Assembly (NCBI GenBank): GCA_051532055.1
Contig: JAOPTX010000049.1
Coordinates: forward strand, 38,664 to 89,280
Source: Fibrobacterales bacterium
GTDB lineage: Bacteria > Fibrobacterota > Fibrobacteria > Fibrobacterales > JAOPTW01
Length of the DNA stretch: 50,617 nucleotides
Reading direction: 5' to 3'
Shown: piece by piece, positions 1 to 9,328 of the stretch
Layout: every line of letters starts with the position of its first letter
Position numbering within the stretch: position 1 is the stretch's first letter
The notes under the pieces: generated by a model
Told to the model about the DNA's origin: nothing
Database searches by the model: none
The model's input: the letters and a program-made list of their open reading frames with translations, nothing else
Translations under genes and position numbers: made by a program

Positions 1-37
1 ATCATGCTTTTTTTATAGATATTGTATTTAAAGGATG

Positions 38-631
38 TTAATCAGTGAGGCTTCCCTTACTCGATGGTACGATATCCTTATTGCGGCCTGGACCTATAGC
101 CATGGCTACAGCACGAGCAAATGATTTAAATACCGCTTCAAGACAATGGTGGGTATTTTCACCACGGATAAGATCGATATGTACATTCATTTTTGCACTT
201 TCTGCGATAGTTGAGAAGAAGTGCTTAAAGAGCTCTGTATCAATATTCCCTATGTCTGCACGGTTAAGGGGTACAGAATAACTAAACCCGATTCTACCAG
301 CAAAGTCAACAACTGAACGGGCTAACGCTTCATCCATAGGGACATAATAGAAACCATAGCGTTCAATACCCTTTTTGTCACCCACACATTCATTGAGCGC
401 GTTTCCAAAGCAGATGGCAATATCTTCTGCTGAATGGTGCATATCAATATGAGTATCACCATCACAATATAACTCTAAAGCAATCCCAGAATGGACTTGA
501 AATATATCAAGCATATGGTCGAGGAAGCCAGAACCCGTTGAGATTGATCCACGGGTATATTCATCAAAATTCATAACAAGACGGATATCCGTCTCACTTG
601 TTTTACGGGTGATTTCTGTTTTACGTGTCAT
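38..631 (-). CDS. hisB: Imidazoleglycerol-phosphate dehydratase
   Basis: N-terminal RKTSETDI, GFLDHML, two His-rich metal motifs (DMHHSAED, NTHHCLEAVFK), PMDEALA, C-terminal PSSKGSL. Confidence 0.97.
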   Translation of the reverse strand: MTRKTEITRKTSETDIRLVMNFDEYTRGSISTGSGFLDHMLDIFQVHSGIALELYCDGDTHIDMHHSAEDIAICFGNALNECVGDKKGIERYGFYYVPMDEALARSVVDFAGRIGFSYSVPLNRADIGNIDTELFKHFFSTIAESAKMNVHIDLIRGENTHHCLEAVFKSFARAVAMAIGPGRNKDIVPSSKGSLTD

Positions 632-656
632 AATAGATTTTTAACCTTTTTATCTG

Positions 657-863
657 TTAGGCATCAGTGTTAGGAGAGGACGTTGACGGTACACCATCCT
701 CATCAATAAATTTTTCACTAGTTTCGGGATTGAATTTGTAGCGATGGGTTAGGTTGTCTACGAGGTAATCAACTTTTTTTTCAAAGTCATTAATTGTGAT
801 CATAGTAAAGCCAAGCAATACTACAATAAACAGTAACAGACCAAAAAAGAGAAGTAGTCCCAT
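657..863 (-). CDS. Small hypothetical membrane protein (68 aa)
   Basis: Single N-terminal hydrophobic helix; tightly packed in the operon, 1 nt after the upstream stop. Confidence 0.7.
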   Translation of the reverse strand: MGLLLFFGLLLFIVVLLGFTMITINDFEKKVDYLVDNLTHRYKFNPETSEKFIDEDGVPSTSSPNTDA

Positions 864-864
864 A

Positions 865-1845
865 TTACTCTACTATCGCTCCATTATAAATTTTTATTTG
901 CCTATGTCCATTAATTGATTGAAACATTTTGCGAGTGAGGGGAGTTACTGTATCGTTCAATTGCATTTTGAGGAATTTAATTTCTCCAATTTCAACAAAT
1001 GAGGTATCAACTCGGGTCACCGTTCGTTTAGCGTTGGGACGGATTGTCTTTGCCCAAGTTTTTCCTTGAGGTGTTCTTACAGCAGCCCATGAACTGTCTT
1101 TGGTAACACTGAAAGAGATGCGAGTATAGACAGGTTTCTTCGGCTTCTCAACAACAGTTTCAGCTGGGGTAACAACAGGTTCAGTGACTTTATCAGGAAC
1201 AGTCACGGGGGCACGTGCTGTATTCTCATTGTTTTTTTTGGGCGCTTCAACGTTAATACTGTCAGTCGAAGGGTGAGTATCTGTTGATTGTATTGAATCA
1301 GTAGCACTTGAATTATTAGCAGAATCAAGAGTAGCAGTTGAGGACCCTGATTGCATTACGGGAAGTGATGCTGGTTCACCATTCACTCGAGACTCTTTAG
1401 TAAAGTTGTAGATAACTATTCCCAGAGTCATAATAATAATGACTATAACGAGAATTTGTTTTCCTGACCCTGACGACCCATCAGGTGAACTATGTACTTC
1501 AACACGTGAGTTTTCAGTAGCTTTAATTGAAGCCGCTGTTGTTGCCTGCTTGATGGGCGAACCAATGAGCAGAGCATATTTATTGAGTATTGTATCAGTA
1601 TCAATACCATATTTTTTTGCGAGAGTTTTAAGATAGGCACGCGTGTAGGCTTCACCGGGGAGCTCATCAAATCGATCGCCCTCAATAGACCTGAGGTAAT
1701 CCATGTTAATTTTACTCTCTCTACTCAATTCAGAAAGATCGATTTTTAACGCGGTACGTTTCTTTTTTAGAAACTGACCAATCTTTTCATTTGCGTCATT
1801 TTTTGAATTCGCATCTAACTCAGTAGTATCAATTTTATCATCCAT
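865..1845 (-). CDS. rodZ: RodZ-like cell-shape protein (HTH + TM + periplasmic domain)
   Basis: IGQFLKKKR...YLRSIEGDRFDELPGEAYTRAYLKTLA HTH, a central TM helix, a Ser/Thr/Pro linker and a C-terminal SW-containing domain. Confidence 0.8.
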   Translation of the reverse strand: MDDKIDTTELDANSKNDANEKIGQFLKKKRTALKIDLSELSRESKINMDYLRSIEGDRFDELPGEAYTRAYLKTLAKKYGIDTDTILNKYALLIGSPIKQATTAASIKATENSRVEVHSSPDGSSGSGKQILVIVIIIMTLGIVIYNFTKESRVNGEPASLPVMQSGSSTATLDSANNSSATDSIQSTDTHPSTDSINVEAPKKNNENTARAPVTVPDKVTEPVVTPAETVVEKPKKPVYTRISFSVTKDSSWAAVRTPQGKTWAKTIRPNAKRTVTRVDTSFVEIGEIKFLKMQLNDTVTPLTRKMFQSINGHRQIKIYNGAIVE

Positions 1846-2422
1846 GCATCAACTCCGAAAATTTACTATGTAGCGAAAGGGTTTTATATACGGGTAAGCC
1901 TACTACATTATAATAGCACCCTTCGACTCTTTTAACAAATGCTGCACCTTTGCCTTGAATACCATAGGAACCAGCCTTGTCGTTCGGCTCTTTGGTTATA
2001 ATATAGTTATCAATCTCTTCACTCATAAGCTTTTTAAAGAAAACTCGGGTTATTTCCCGATCTTTCTCAATTATTGTACCATTTTTTGCAACGGCAATAC
2101 CAGTAATAACTTCATGATCTCTATCTGAAAGGCCAGAGAGCATTGTGTACGCTTCTTCTTTATTTGACGGTTTACTCAATGGGATCTCATCGAGAAAGAC
2201 CAGAGTATCAAAAGCAAAGACCAAACGGCCTGGGTTGAGCTCACTCACCGAGAGTGCTTTACGTTCAGCCAAGAGGGCGGGAACTTCGGTGTAAGGGACA
2301 TTTGGGGGAATTGTTTCATCACTGTTTGAAGCAATGGCTTCATAAGGAATATCTATTTGAGTGAGAATCTCTTTACGGCGTGGTGATTGTGAGGCAAGAA
2401 TTATCATTTCAGTGCGTTCCAT
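1838..2422 (-). CDS. maf: Maf-family nucleoside triphosphate pyrophosphatase
   Basis: IILASQSPRRKEIL, DT..LSKP, DKAGSYGIQG and YYNVVGLP motifs; true start may be the second Met (2404). Confidence 0.96.
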   Translation of the reverse strand: MERTEMIILASQSPRRKEILTQIDIPYEAIASNSDETIPPNVPYTEVPALLAERKALSVSELNPGRLVFAFDTLVFLDEIPLSKPSNKEEAYTMLSGLSDRDHEVITGIAVAKNGTIIEKDREITRVFFKKLMSEEIDNYIITKEPNDKAGSYGIQGKGAAFVKRVEGCYYNVVGLPVYKTLSLHSKFSELMHG

Positions 2423-4971
2423 ACATCGGGTGAGCGGACATCTTTGTTTGATGCCTCATATTTTAGGTCAGTCATATCTTTGAGCCATATTTTAAGAGAC
2501 CATCCCTCTGAAGGTCCAACAGGAGTCCAGGTAAAGTCAAGTTGCCACCGGTGGAGGTTCCGGGAAAGTCTAAATTGGTGACGGGCGAATTCTGCATTCT
2601 TAAAATCATAGTTATTGGTATAATTTACGTTCCAGTCTCTTGTTGGTCTAATATTGAGTGAAAAACCTGAGAGGCTATGGCTAATGTTTTCCTTCCAGGG
2701 CGAATTTAAACTGCTTCGGCTGCGTTTGTAGCTATAACTGTATGAGAACCGGGCATCCCAAGGTGCTGCGGTATAGACATATTTCTTGGAGGTAAAGCCA
2801 TCATTGAAGTTTCCACTCCAGCTAAATGATTTATTAAAACTGAAGGCCATTGACGTGAGGTATGGCAATCGCGCAGCATTAGGGGTAGTAGAGGATGAGT
2901 CATACACAGAGTGCCTTAGAGTGACTCTAAATGCCTTACTCTCAGTTATCTGAAGCCCCACACTACTACTAATATCACTCCAGTGCAGTGAATCAGCAGC
3001 AAAGTTATAGGAGGTATTGGTTGAGGTTGTTAATATTTTGCGTTCTTTTTCTTCATAGTTAGACTCAGTTTCATCAGTATCATCAGCAACGCTACTTTGT
3101 TGAAATTGACTTTCTTTAACACTGAGGTATTTCATGTCAAAGTCATTTTTGAGTCCGAGGTTAATGCTGTATCGTCTATTTTGATAGAGAGGGCCACGAG
3201 CTGCTTTATTTGAGACAAAGGTGTAGTTTGTATCAAGCCTTGGATGAAAAGAGACGCCTATTGAAGGGTCGAGAATATGTCGGATCCCAACAAATCGTCC
3301 AAATTCAGGTTTCCATATACCATAGAGCTTAGTATTTGCGGTGAGGCTGGTGCTGTATTTGGAATAGTAATCACCGAACTCCCCCTTTGAAACATTGTTG
3401 TTAAAACTATAGGTTCGATTGAGTGAGTCATGAGGGTTGTCATAGCTAAATGCAGACCAGTACCCATCATATTTAAATGATGGAGTAATGTTAACGACAT
3501 CAAATATTTTTCCTGAATAATTAAGATTAAATGAGTGAACATACCCGAGTCCTATGGTGTCAGTCTCTATAGTCAGCGTGTCAATTGCGAGAGAATCACT
3601 GACGTAACTAGTATCAAGATCCAACTCTTCTTTGAGCTTTTGATCGTAGATAGCATTAATCGAGTAAGAGTATCTCAATTTTTCATACCATTTCTCTTCG
3701 TAGAGCGTGTCGAGGAGGTCATCTTCATCGGCCTCATAAAAGTTTCCATTAATGGAATATTTAATTTCTGGTAGAGTTCGAGCAGTGGTGTTGGGTTTGT
3801 CTGGATAGAGTGATTTGTTCTGCAGTGCAGTAATACTGAGTGTCGATTTGTTTTTAAAGACTTTTCGAAAGGTCATGTGGGCGTTCGCTTTTTGGTCAAG
3901 TTTGGCTTCATGGTCTAAGGCAGTCTCAGCACGTGCTGAAGGTGATGATGCAAAGCTTCCAGAGCCCTTGAGTTCCATTTTTTTGTCAGGAGTTAAATAG
4001 TGAGCATGCTTAAAACCCAAATTCCAACCTGTGAGCTCATAGGGATAAGTGGCACCGGAGGATGTTTTGAAGTTCCACATAGCATTAACTCCTCCTTCAA
4101 TGTGATCAAGAAGCATATAGTTATACGCCATATTTATAACATTTGTGGGGAACGTACCATCGGGGCCTTCAAGTATATCAGTTTTTGCAGTTAAGTCCAT
4201 GTATTCATTAATAGCCCAATAGAATCCAAGTCCCTTTAAAAATAATCCATTAGCTTGGTCACCACCTGGTGTTGGAATAAGTAGCCCACTACTCGCCTCT
4301 TTAGAGATTGGACTGACCATAAGAGGGAGCACTGCAACGGGGACATCTTGAATATTCATAACCACAGGAGCTGCAACAATTTTTTCATTTGGTTTCGTAG
4401 AAAACTTTCGAGTATAAAAATAATAGTGCTGATGGTGGATGTTGGTACAGGAAGAGAAATCACCCCGAGAGACTTGGAGACGTCCATCGGGCAGTCGTCG
4501 AATACTCATGCCATTTACAAATTGATCATCTCTAAAGGTTGTGCCATAGTAAATTTGGCCAATACGTTTTTTAATGTTGTATCGCATGCGGTAGCCATGA
4601 AGCTTGTCAGTAGGGCCTTCAGTAATTTCAGGGTCACCATAGGCATTGAGAAGCATTGTTTTATTATTGAAAAATATAGTGTCTGCGTTAAGCTTTGCAC
4701 CGCGATAGGTGAGGAGTGCTTTTTCAACAAGACTGAATGTTTTTTCTTGATGATTATAGCTGAGGCTCACTGCTTGATAATCAAGGGTGTCTGCAGAAAG
4801 TGTATCCTGCATTCCCTTTGATTGTGTCGTATCTTGACGTAGTTTTTCAGCGTACTCAAGAGAGTCTTTTAAGAGTTGGTCTTTGGGCGCTTCAACTTCT
4901 TCAAGTTCGAGGCCAAACAGTGTTGATACTGAAAGAACAGCAATGAGTAGACCCAGCGCAAAAGACCGCAT
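2404..4971 (-). CDS. lptD: LPS-assembly outer membrane protein LptD (FCB-type)
   Basis: Signal peptide, OstA-like beta-jellyroll, FSSC..HYYF, PVAVLP, SSGLLIP..G..L.GLGFYWAINEYMD, beta-barrel ending RNLHRWQLDFTW. Confidence 0.85.
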   Translation of the reverse strand: MRSFALGLLIAVLSVSTLFGLELEEVEAPKDQLLKDSLEYAEKLRQDTTQSKGMQDTLSADTLDYQAVSLSYNHQEKTFSLVEKALLTYRGAKLNADTIFFNNKTMLLNAYGDPEITEGPTDKLHGYRMRYNIKKRIGQIYYGTTFRDDQFVNGMSIRRLPDGRLQVSRGDFSSCTNIHHQHYYFYTRKFSTKPNEKIVAAPVVMNIQDVPVAVLPLMVSPISKEASSGLLIPTPGGDQANGLFLKGLGFYWAINEYMDLTAKTDILEGPDGTFPTNVINMAYNYMLLDHIEGGVNAMWNFKTSSGATYPYELTGWNLGFKHAHYLTPDKKMELKGSGSFASSPSARAETALDHEAKLDQKANAHMTFRKVFKNKSTLSITALQNKSLYPDKPNTTARTLPEIKYSINGNFYEADEDDLLDTLYEEKWYEKLRYSYSINAIYDQKLKEELDLDTSYVSDSLAIDTLTIETDTIGLGYVHSFNLNYSGKIFDVVNITPSFKYDGYWSAFSYDNPHDSLNRTYSFNNNVSKGEFGDYYSKYSTSLTANTKLYGIWKPEFGRFVGIRHILDPSIGVSFHPRLDTNYTFVSNKAARGPLYQNRRYSINLGLKNDFDMKYLSVKESQFQQSSVADDTDETESNYEEKERKILTTSTNTSYNFAADSLHWSDISSSVGLQITESKAFRVTLRHSVYDSSSTTPNAARLPYLTSMAFSFNKSFSWSGNFNDGFTSKKYVYTAAPWDARFSYSYSYKRSRSSLNSPWKENISHSLSGFSLNIRPTRDWNVNYTNNYDFKNAEFARHQFRLSRNLHRWQLDFTWTPVGPSEGWSLKIWLKDMTDLKYEASNKDVRSPDVWNALK

Positions 4972-4989
4972 ATGTGAAACTACTTCTTC

Positions 4990-5340
4990 TTACAGGTCAG
5001 TAGCAGGCTCATCTGACTTCTCACCAGCATTGTCGAGCTCAGAAACAGTTTCAGCAAAAATATCAGTATCAGTTTCAGCAGGCATCTCTTCTTCTGGTGA
5101 GAAAAATTGAACCTCTTCAACTACTTCTTCTGGTGCAATTTCATCAACGATCAATTTGTTTTCGTTGAATTTGTGCATTGCAATTGTTGTTGGTTTCATT
5201 GTTAGTTCAATGTTACCCACTTTTGATTGTTCGTTTATGTAACGTGCCTCTTGAGACATCATTACTACAGCTTTAAAAACTGAACCATCACATGTTTCAT
5301 TTGTATAAATATCGTTCAGTGAAACTGATTTGTTTGCCAT
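4990..5340 (-). CDS. rpoZ: Probable RNA polymerase omega subunit with acidic tail
   Basis: GSVFKAVVMMSQEARYIN and KPTTIAMHKF resemble the two conserved omega helices; GGAG RBS upstream. Confidence 0.7.
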   Translation of the reverse strand: MANKSVSLNDIYTNETCDGSVFKAVVMMSQEARYINEQSKVGNIELTMKPTTIAMHKFNENKLIVDEIAPEEVVEEVQFFSPEEEMPAETDTDIFAETVSELDNAGEKSDEPATDL

Positions 5341-5376
5341 TTATAGCTCCTATAGCTTTATCGCCTGTAATAAATA

Positions 5377-5459
5377 CAGAGGGGATGGGATTCGAACCCA
5401 CGAAACTTGCGTTCACACGCTTTCCAAGCGTGCGCCTTCAACCACTCGGCCACCCCTCT
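5377..5459 (-). tRNA. tRNA-Ser (GGA)
   Basis: AGAGGGG/CCCCTCT acceptor stem, TGGCCGAGTGG D-arm, CACGC-TTGGAAA-GCGTG anticodon arm, long variable arm, GGTTCGAATCC T-loop; CCA not encoded. Confidence 0.97.
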
Positions 5460-5469
5460 ATTTTGCAAA

Positions 5470-5499
5470 CAAATGTACTAAATTCACCTAAAAAAACAA
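5470..5499 (-). promoter_or_regulatory. Probable housekeeping promoter for tRNA-Ser/rpoZ operon
   Basis: Minus strand TTG-N19-TACATTTG ending 10 nt before the tRNA 5' end. Confidence 0.5.
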
Positions 5500-5682
5500 T
5501 AATTTTGTTCTATGGCTCTATTTGATTACAGTAATGGCGTGAAAAGTTACCAAATATATCGGATAATAGGTGATAAGGTATAATTGGGTTTGTACTATAA
5601 TATTGAAAAAAAATGGGTGAGAGTTCCAACTTTTAACTATTCACTTTTTATATTTCTCAAAAGAGTAAAGGATTTAAAATTG

Positions 5683-6738
5683 ATGAATATTCGCGAATTA
5701 CTAGAACATTTGGCCAAAGAAGAGGGGTCTGACCTCCATTTGACCGTGGGAACTGCGCCAATGATTAGGAAATCTGGTAGACTAGAACCTGTGGGAGATG
5801 AAAAACTTAGTGCAGAATCCGTTACTAAATTGATATTCAGTGTGATGAATGAGGCTCAACGAAAGACTTTTGAAGAAAAAAATGAGGCAGATTTTTCATT
5901 TGGTGTCAAAGATCTTGCTCGTTTTAGAGCGAATATATACATGCAGAGGGGGTGTGCAGCAGCAGCAATCAGGATTATTCCTTATGAAGTAGTCCCCTTT
6001 GAAGAATTAGGGCTCCCCGACACCGTTTTAGAATTGGCGACAAGGCCAAGTGGACTTATTTTGGTGGTAGGGGCAACAGGCTCTGGGAAATCTACCACAC
6101 TTTCTTCCATGATCGATCATATAAATGAAACGACCCATGGGCATATTCTCACCATAGAGGACCCCATAGAATTTGTGCACAAACATAAAAACTGTATTGT
6201 GAATCAACGTGAAGTAAACGCTGATACCGAATCCTTTTCTGGAGCGCTTAAATACGCCCTTAGACAAGACCCTGATGTAGTGCTCATTGGAGAAATGCGA
6301 GATATCGAGACTATTCGTTCAGCACTTACTATAGCTGAGACTGGTCATTTAACATTTGCGACACTGCATACGAACTCAGCGGCACAGACTATTAGTCGAA
6401 TTGTCAATTCATTTGGGAGTGATGAGCAACAGACTGTGCGAACACAGTTGTCCTTTGTACTTCAGGGGGTGATTTGTCAGCAACTGGTACCAACGGCCGA
6501 TGGTGGTCGTGCTTTGGCGTATGAAATATTGACCGCTACTCATGCAGTAAGTGCACTTATACGAGATGATAAAGTGCATCAATTAGAGAGTACCATGGAA
6601 ACAAGTCAAAAATATGGCATGAATACCATGAACATGCGTCTCGCTGAAATGGTGAAATCGGGTGTTATTAGTGAGGATGTCGCTTTTAATAAAACAAATA
6701 ATGCAGATCAACTTCAACAACTATTACATAGGTTTTAA
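5683..6738 (+). CDS. pilT: Type IV pilus retraction ATPase
   Basis: GSDLHL, Walker A GATGSGKST, TIEDPIE, LRQDPDVVLIGEMRD, His box TGHLTFATLHTN, AIRNLIRE-like AVSALIRD; start moved to ATG 5683 behind an AAAGGA RBS. Confidence 0.95.
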   Translation: MNIRELLEHLAKEEGSDLHLTVGTAPMIRKSGRLEPVGDEKLSAESVTKLIFSVMNEAQRKTFEEKNEADFSFGVKDLARFRANIYMQRGCAAAAIRIIPYEVVPFEELGLPDTVLELATRPSGLILVVGATGSGKSTTLSSMIDHINETTHGHILTIEDPIEFVHKHKNCIVNQREVNADTESFSGALKYALRQDPDVVLIGEMRDIETIRSALTIAETGHLTFATLHTNSAAQTISRIVNSFGSDEQQTVRTQLSFVLQGVICQQLVPTADGGRALAYEILTATHAVSALIRDDKVHQLESTMETSQKYGMNTMNMRLAEMVKSGVISEDVAFNKTNNADQLQQLLHRF

Positions 6739-6741
6739 CAT

Positions 6742-7938
6742 ATGGCAACCTGGATCTATAAAGCAGTAAACTCACAAGGCAAAGAGGTTTTTGGTGAATT
6801 TGAGGCGGCAAATAAAGCAGCAGCTCAATCATTAATACGTAAAAAGCGCTTGAGGGTTAACTCATTAAAAAAGAAACCTATCGAGTTTAATATCACTATT
6901 GGCTCAGGTATTAAGAAAGAAGATGTGGCTCGTTTTACTAGACAGTTTTCTGCAATGACTTCTGCTGGGCTCCCTCTTATTCAGTGTCTCGATATTCTCA
7001 CTGAACAGTCTGAGAATGTCTTTTTAAAAGAGGTACTCAAAAAAGTAACCGGGAGAATACAAGGGGGATCAACTCTTGCAGATGCCCTTTCGCAGCATCC
7101 CAAAACATTTAATGACCTGTATTGTAATATGGTTGCAGCTGGAGAAGCCGGTGGTATTCTTGATGTTATATTGAAACGCCTTGCGGATTATCAGGAATCA
7201 GCAGAAAGGCTTAAACGGAAGATTAAAGGGGCCATGACGTATCCAGCTATTGTCACTTTTGTAGCAGTTGGGGTGATTTTTATAATGCTTTGGAAGGTTG
7301 TACCAATTTTTGCTGGGATGTATGATGGTTCAGGGAAGGCCCTACCGATGCCAACACAGGTAGTTCTCGGGATTAGTAATTTTGTACAAAACAATGCGCT
7401 CTTTATTCTGGCAGCTGTAGCAGCCCTAGCAATTGCACTTATTCGCTATTATAAAACAGATAATGGACGGTATGTCATTGATAACTTAAAGCTTAATGCA
7501 CCAGTTTTGGGTAATTTAGAAAGAAAGTCAGCCATTGCACGGTTTACTCGGACTCTTGGTACTTTGCTTAATTGCGGTGTTTCTATAATAGATGCTCTAA
7601 AAGTGACTTCTAAAACATCTGGAAATCGAGTGTTAGAGATTGGCGTAAATCGAACTCTTGAATCTATTTCAGGCGGTAACACCATTGCAGATCCCCTCCG
7701 TGATACCGGTATTTTTCCACCTATGGTTATTCAGATGATTAGCGTTGGTGAGAAAACGGGCGGTCTTCCTGATATGCTTACAAAAGTATCAGATTTTTAT
7801 GATGAAGAGGTTGATGCTGCGGTTGAGAACCTTACTTCGATGATTGAACCGATTATTATTGTGGTAATGGGCTTGGCGATTGGGTTTATTATGATTGCAA
7901 TGTATATGCCGATGTTTAGTATGGCTGATACCATTTAA
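6742..7938 (+). CDS. pilC: Type IV pilus inner-membrane platform protein (GspF family)
   Basis: FTRQFSAMTSAGLPL, AGEAGGILD, KIKGAMTYP, FPPMVIQMISVGEKTG, IEPIIIV...MYMPMF. Confidence 0.96.
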   Translation: MATWIYKAVNSQGKEVFGEFEAANKAAAQSLIRKKRLRVNSLKKKPIEFNITIGSGIKKEDVARFTRQFSAMTSAGLPLIQCLDILTEQSENVFLKEVLKKVTGRIQGGSTLADALSQHPKTFNDLYCNMVAAGEAGGILDVILKRLADYQESAERLKRKIKGAMTYPAIVTFVAVGVIFIMLWKVVPIFAGMYDGSGKALPMPTQVVLGISNFVQNNALFILAAVAALAIALIRYYKTDNGRYVIDNLKLNAPVLGNLERKSAIARFTRTLGTLLNCGVSIIDALKVTSKTSGNRVLEIGVNRTLESISGGNTIADPLRDTGIFPPMVIQMISVGEKTGGLPDMLTKVSDFYDEEVDAAVENLTSMIEPIIIVVMGLAIGFIMIAMYMPMFSMADTI

Positions 7939-8063
7939 GTCTTGGAATTGTGTAATTTGAGCGCTTTTGTGGTTTAAATCCTCAACTGATGGCTCAAATT
8001 CTATATTAAATGTAAAGAATTTGAAAATATTTGACTCTTTAAAGCGGTAGTTGAAGAAAAAGT

Positions 8064-8090
8064 TAAAGTAAACCTTAATTATGTCGATTA
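8064..8090 (+). promoter_or_regulatory. Sigma28 (FliA) promoter
   Basis: TAAA(8064-67)-N15-GTCGATTA(8083-90) versus consensus TAAA-N15-GCCGATAA, directly upstream of flgM. Confidence 0.85.
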
Positions 8091-8112
8091 TATAGATAAG
8101 GAGGAAGGACTT

Positions 8113-8430
8113 ATGAGAATCACAGATGTGGCAATACAGTCAGGAGGAGTCGAGTCGCTTAAAAAAGCAGCTGGGGCGAAACCTGTAGACAAACCAAATC
8201 AAGCTAAAGCTAAGAGTGATTCTGTAACAATTTCCGATGATGCTAAAAAACTCTCAAATGAGGACTCTGAAGTTCAAAATGCAAAAGCACGTGTCGAAGC
8301 AACCCCTGAGGTTCGCCAAGACCGCATTGATGCAGTAAAAGAGAGAATTGCTAGCGGGTATTATGATTCGGAAGAGTTTCAGGATAAACTAGCCGATCGT
8401 TTGATGAACGAGTTTGGTATTAAAGAGTAA
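8113..8430 (+). CDS. flgM: Anti-sigma28 factor FlgM
   Basis: DSVTISDDAK and PEVRQDRIDAVKERIASGYY...LADRL motifs; AAGGAGG RBS. Confidence 0.92.
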   Translation: MRITDVAIQSGGVESLKKAAGAKPVDKPNQAKAKSDSVTISDDAKKLSNEDSEVQNAKARVEATPEVRQDRIDAVKERIASGYYDSEEFQDKLADRLMNEFGIKE

Positions 8431-9316
8431 GTTGAGTATCACAATTATGGTGAACTCGATTTACTCTTTTAAAAGTGGTGATATTAAACACACATCTTGT
8501 GGTGTTTTTTTGTGGTTATTGTTCGTTTTATTGACCGCTTTACCAATTCAAGCTAAAAACCTTTTCTTTATACACTCAGATTCTCTCTTTGCTTTTGATC
8601 ATTATACTACTACTAAAGTGGTGCAGGGTAAAAAAGAAAGTGTACGCATGTCTGTTTCCACATCAATAATTGATTTTGACTCAGAGTTTGCTCAAGTATC
8701 GCCTTATCTTAAAAATACAGAGACGTATAAAAAACTTTTTAATACGAAAGTACTCCGCTATTCGCTCTTTGAAAGCTTTACTCTTAATGGAATTGATTAT
8801 CTTGAACAATCAACAGGATACTGTTATCTCGATACTACGCGTATAGAACTCATTCGGCAGGTCTCACTGCGGAGTGATAATATATCGAATGAGTTTTATG
8901 ATTTGAACAAAAATGATTCCATACCACAATTGTATATTAAAAATTATTTGAATCGAGATACGACGCACTCCTTACTCTATAAGGAGCTTTTCACCGAAGA
9001 GGCTCTTTTTTGGATTGTAAGATATATGGCAGAGTTGAAAATAAGTAGTAAAAAATTGTACTTATTAGACCCTTTAGTCCATGGACTCTTTTCAGAAAAA
9101 GTATATTTCACAGAAATACAGTTTGAGGAAGAGTACTTTCGCCTCCAAGGCATTCGTACTCAAAAAGTTATTGTGACTCGTGAAGATGGGAAAAAGGCTG
9201 AGTTTTGGGTTTCTCTTGAAGCATCAAAACGAATTGTCAAAGCCCGTGATTTTCGAGGACGATGGTTTGACCTTAAAAAAAGTTTCGTACGCCCATTACA
9301 GAAATGGCCATTTTAA
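8414..9316 (+). CDS. Hypothetical exported protein (start uncertain)
   Basis: 300-codon ORF with a signal-like segment VFLWLLFVLLTALPIQA and a beta-rich C-terminus; no family recognised with confidence. Confidence 0.6.
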   Translation: MVLKSKLSITIMVNSIYSFKSGDIKHTSCGVFLWLLFVLLTALPIQAKNLFFIHSDSLFAFDHYTTTKVVQGKKESVRMSVSTSIIDFDSEFAQVSPYLKNTETYKKLFNTKVLRYSLFESFTLNGIDYLEQSTGYCYLDTTRIELIRQVSLRSDNISNEFYDLNKNDSIPQLYIKNYLNRDTTHSLLYKELFTEEALFWIVRYMAELKISSKKLYLLDPLVHGLFSEKVYFTEIQFEEEYFRLQGIRTQKVIVTREDGKKAEFWVSLEASKRIVKARDFRGRWFDLKKSFVRPLQKWPF

Positions 9317-9328
9317 AAGGGGTTAATT

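Noticed and set aside
5584..5682. N-terminal extension of pilT
   Set aside because: PilT similarity and an RBS point to ATG 5683.
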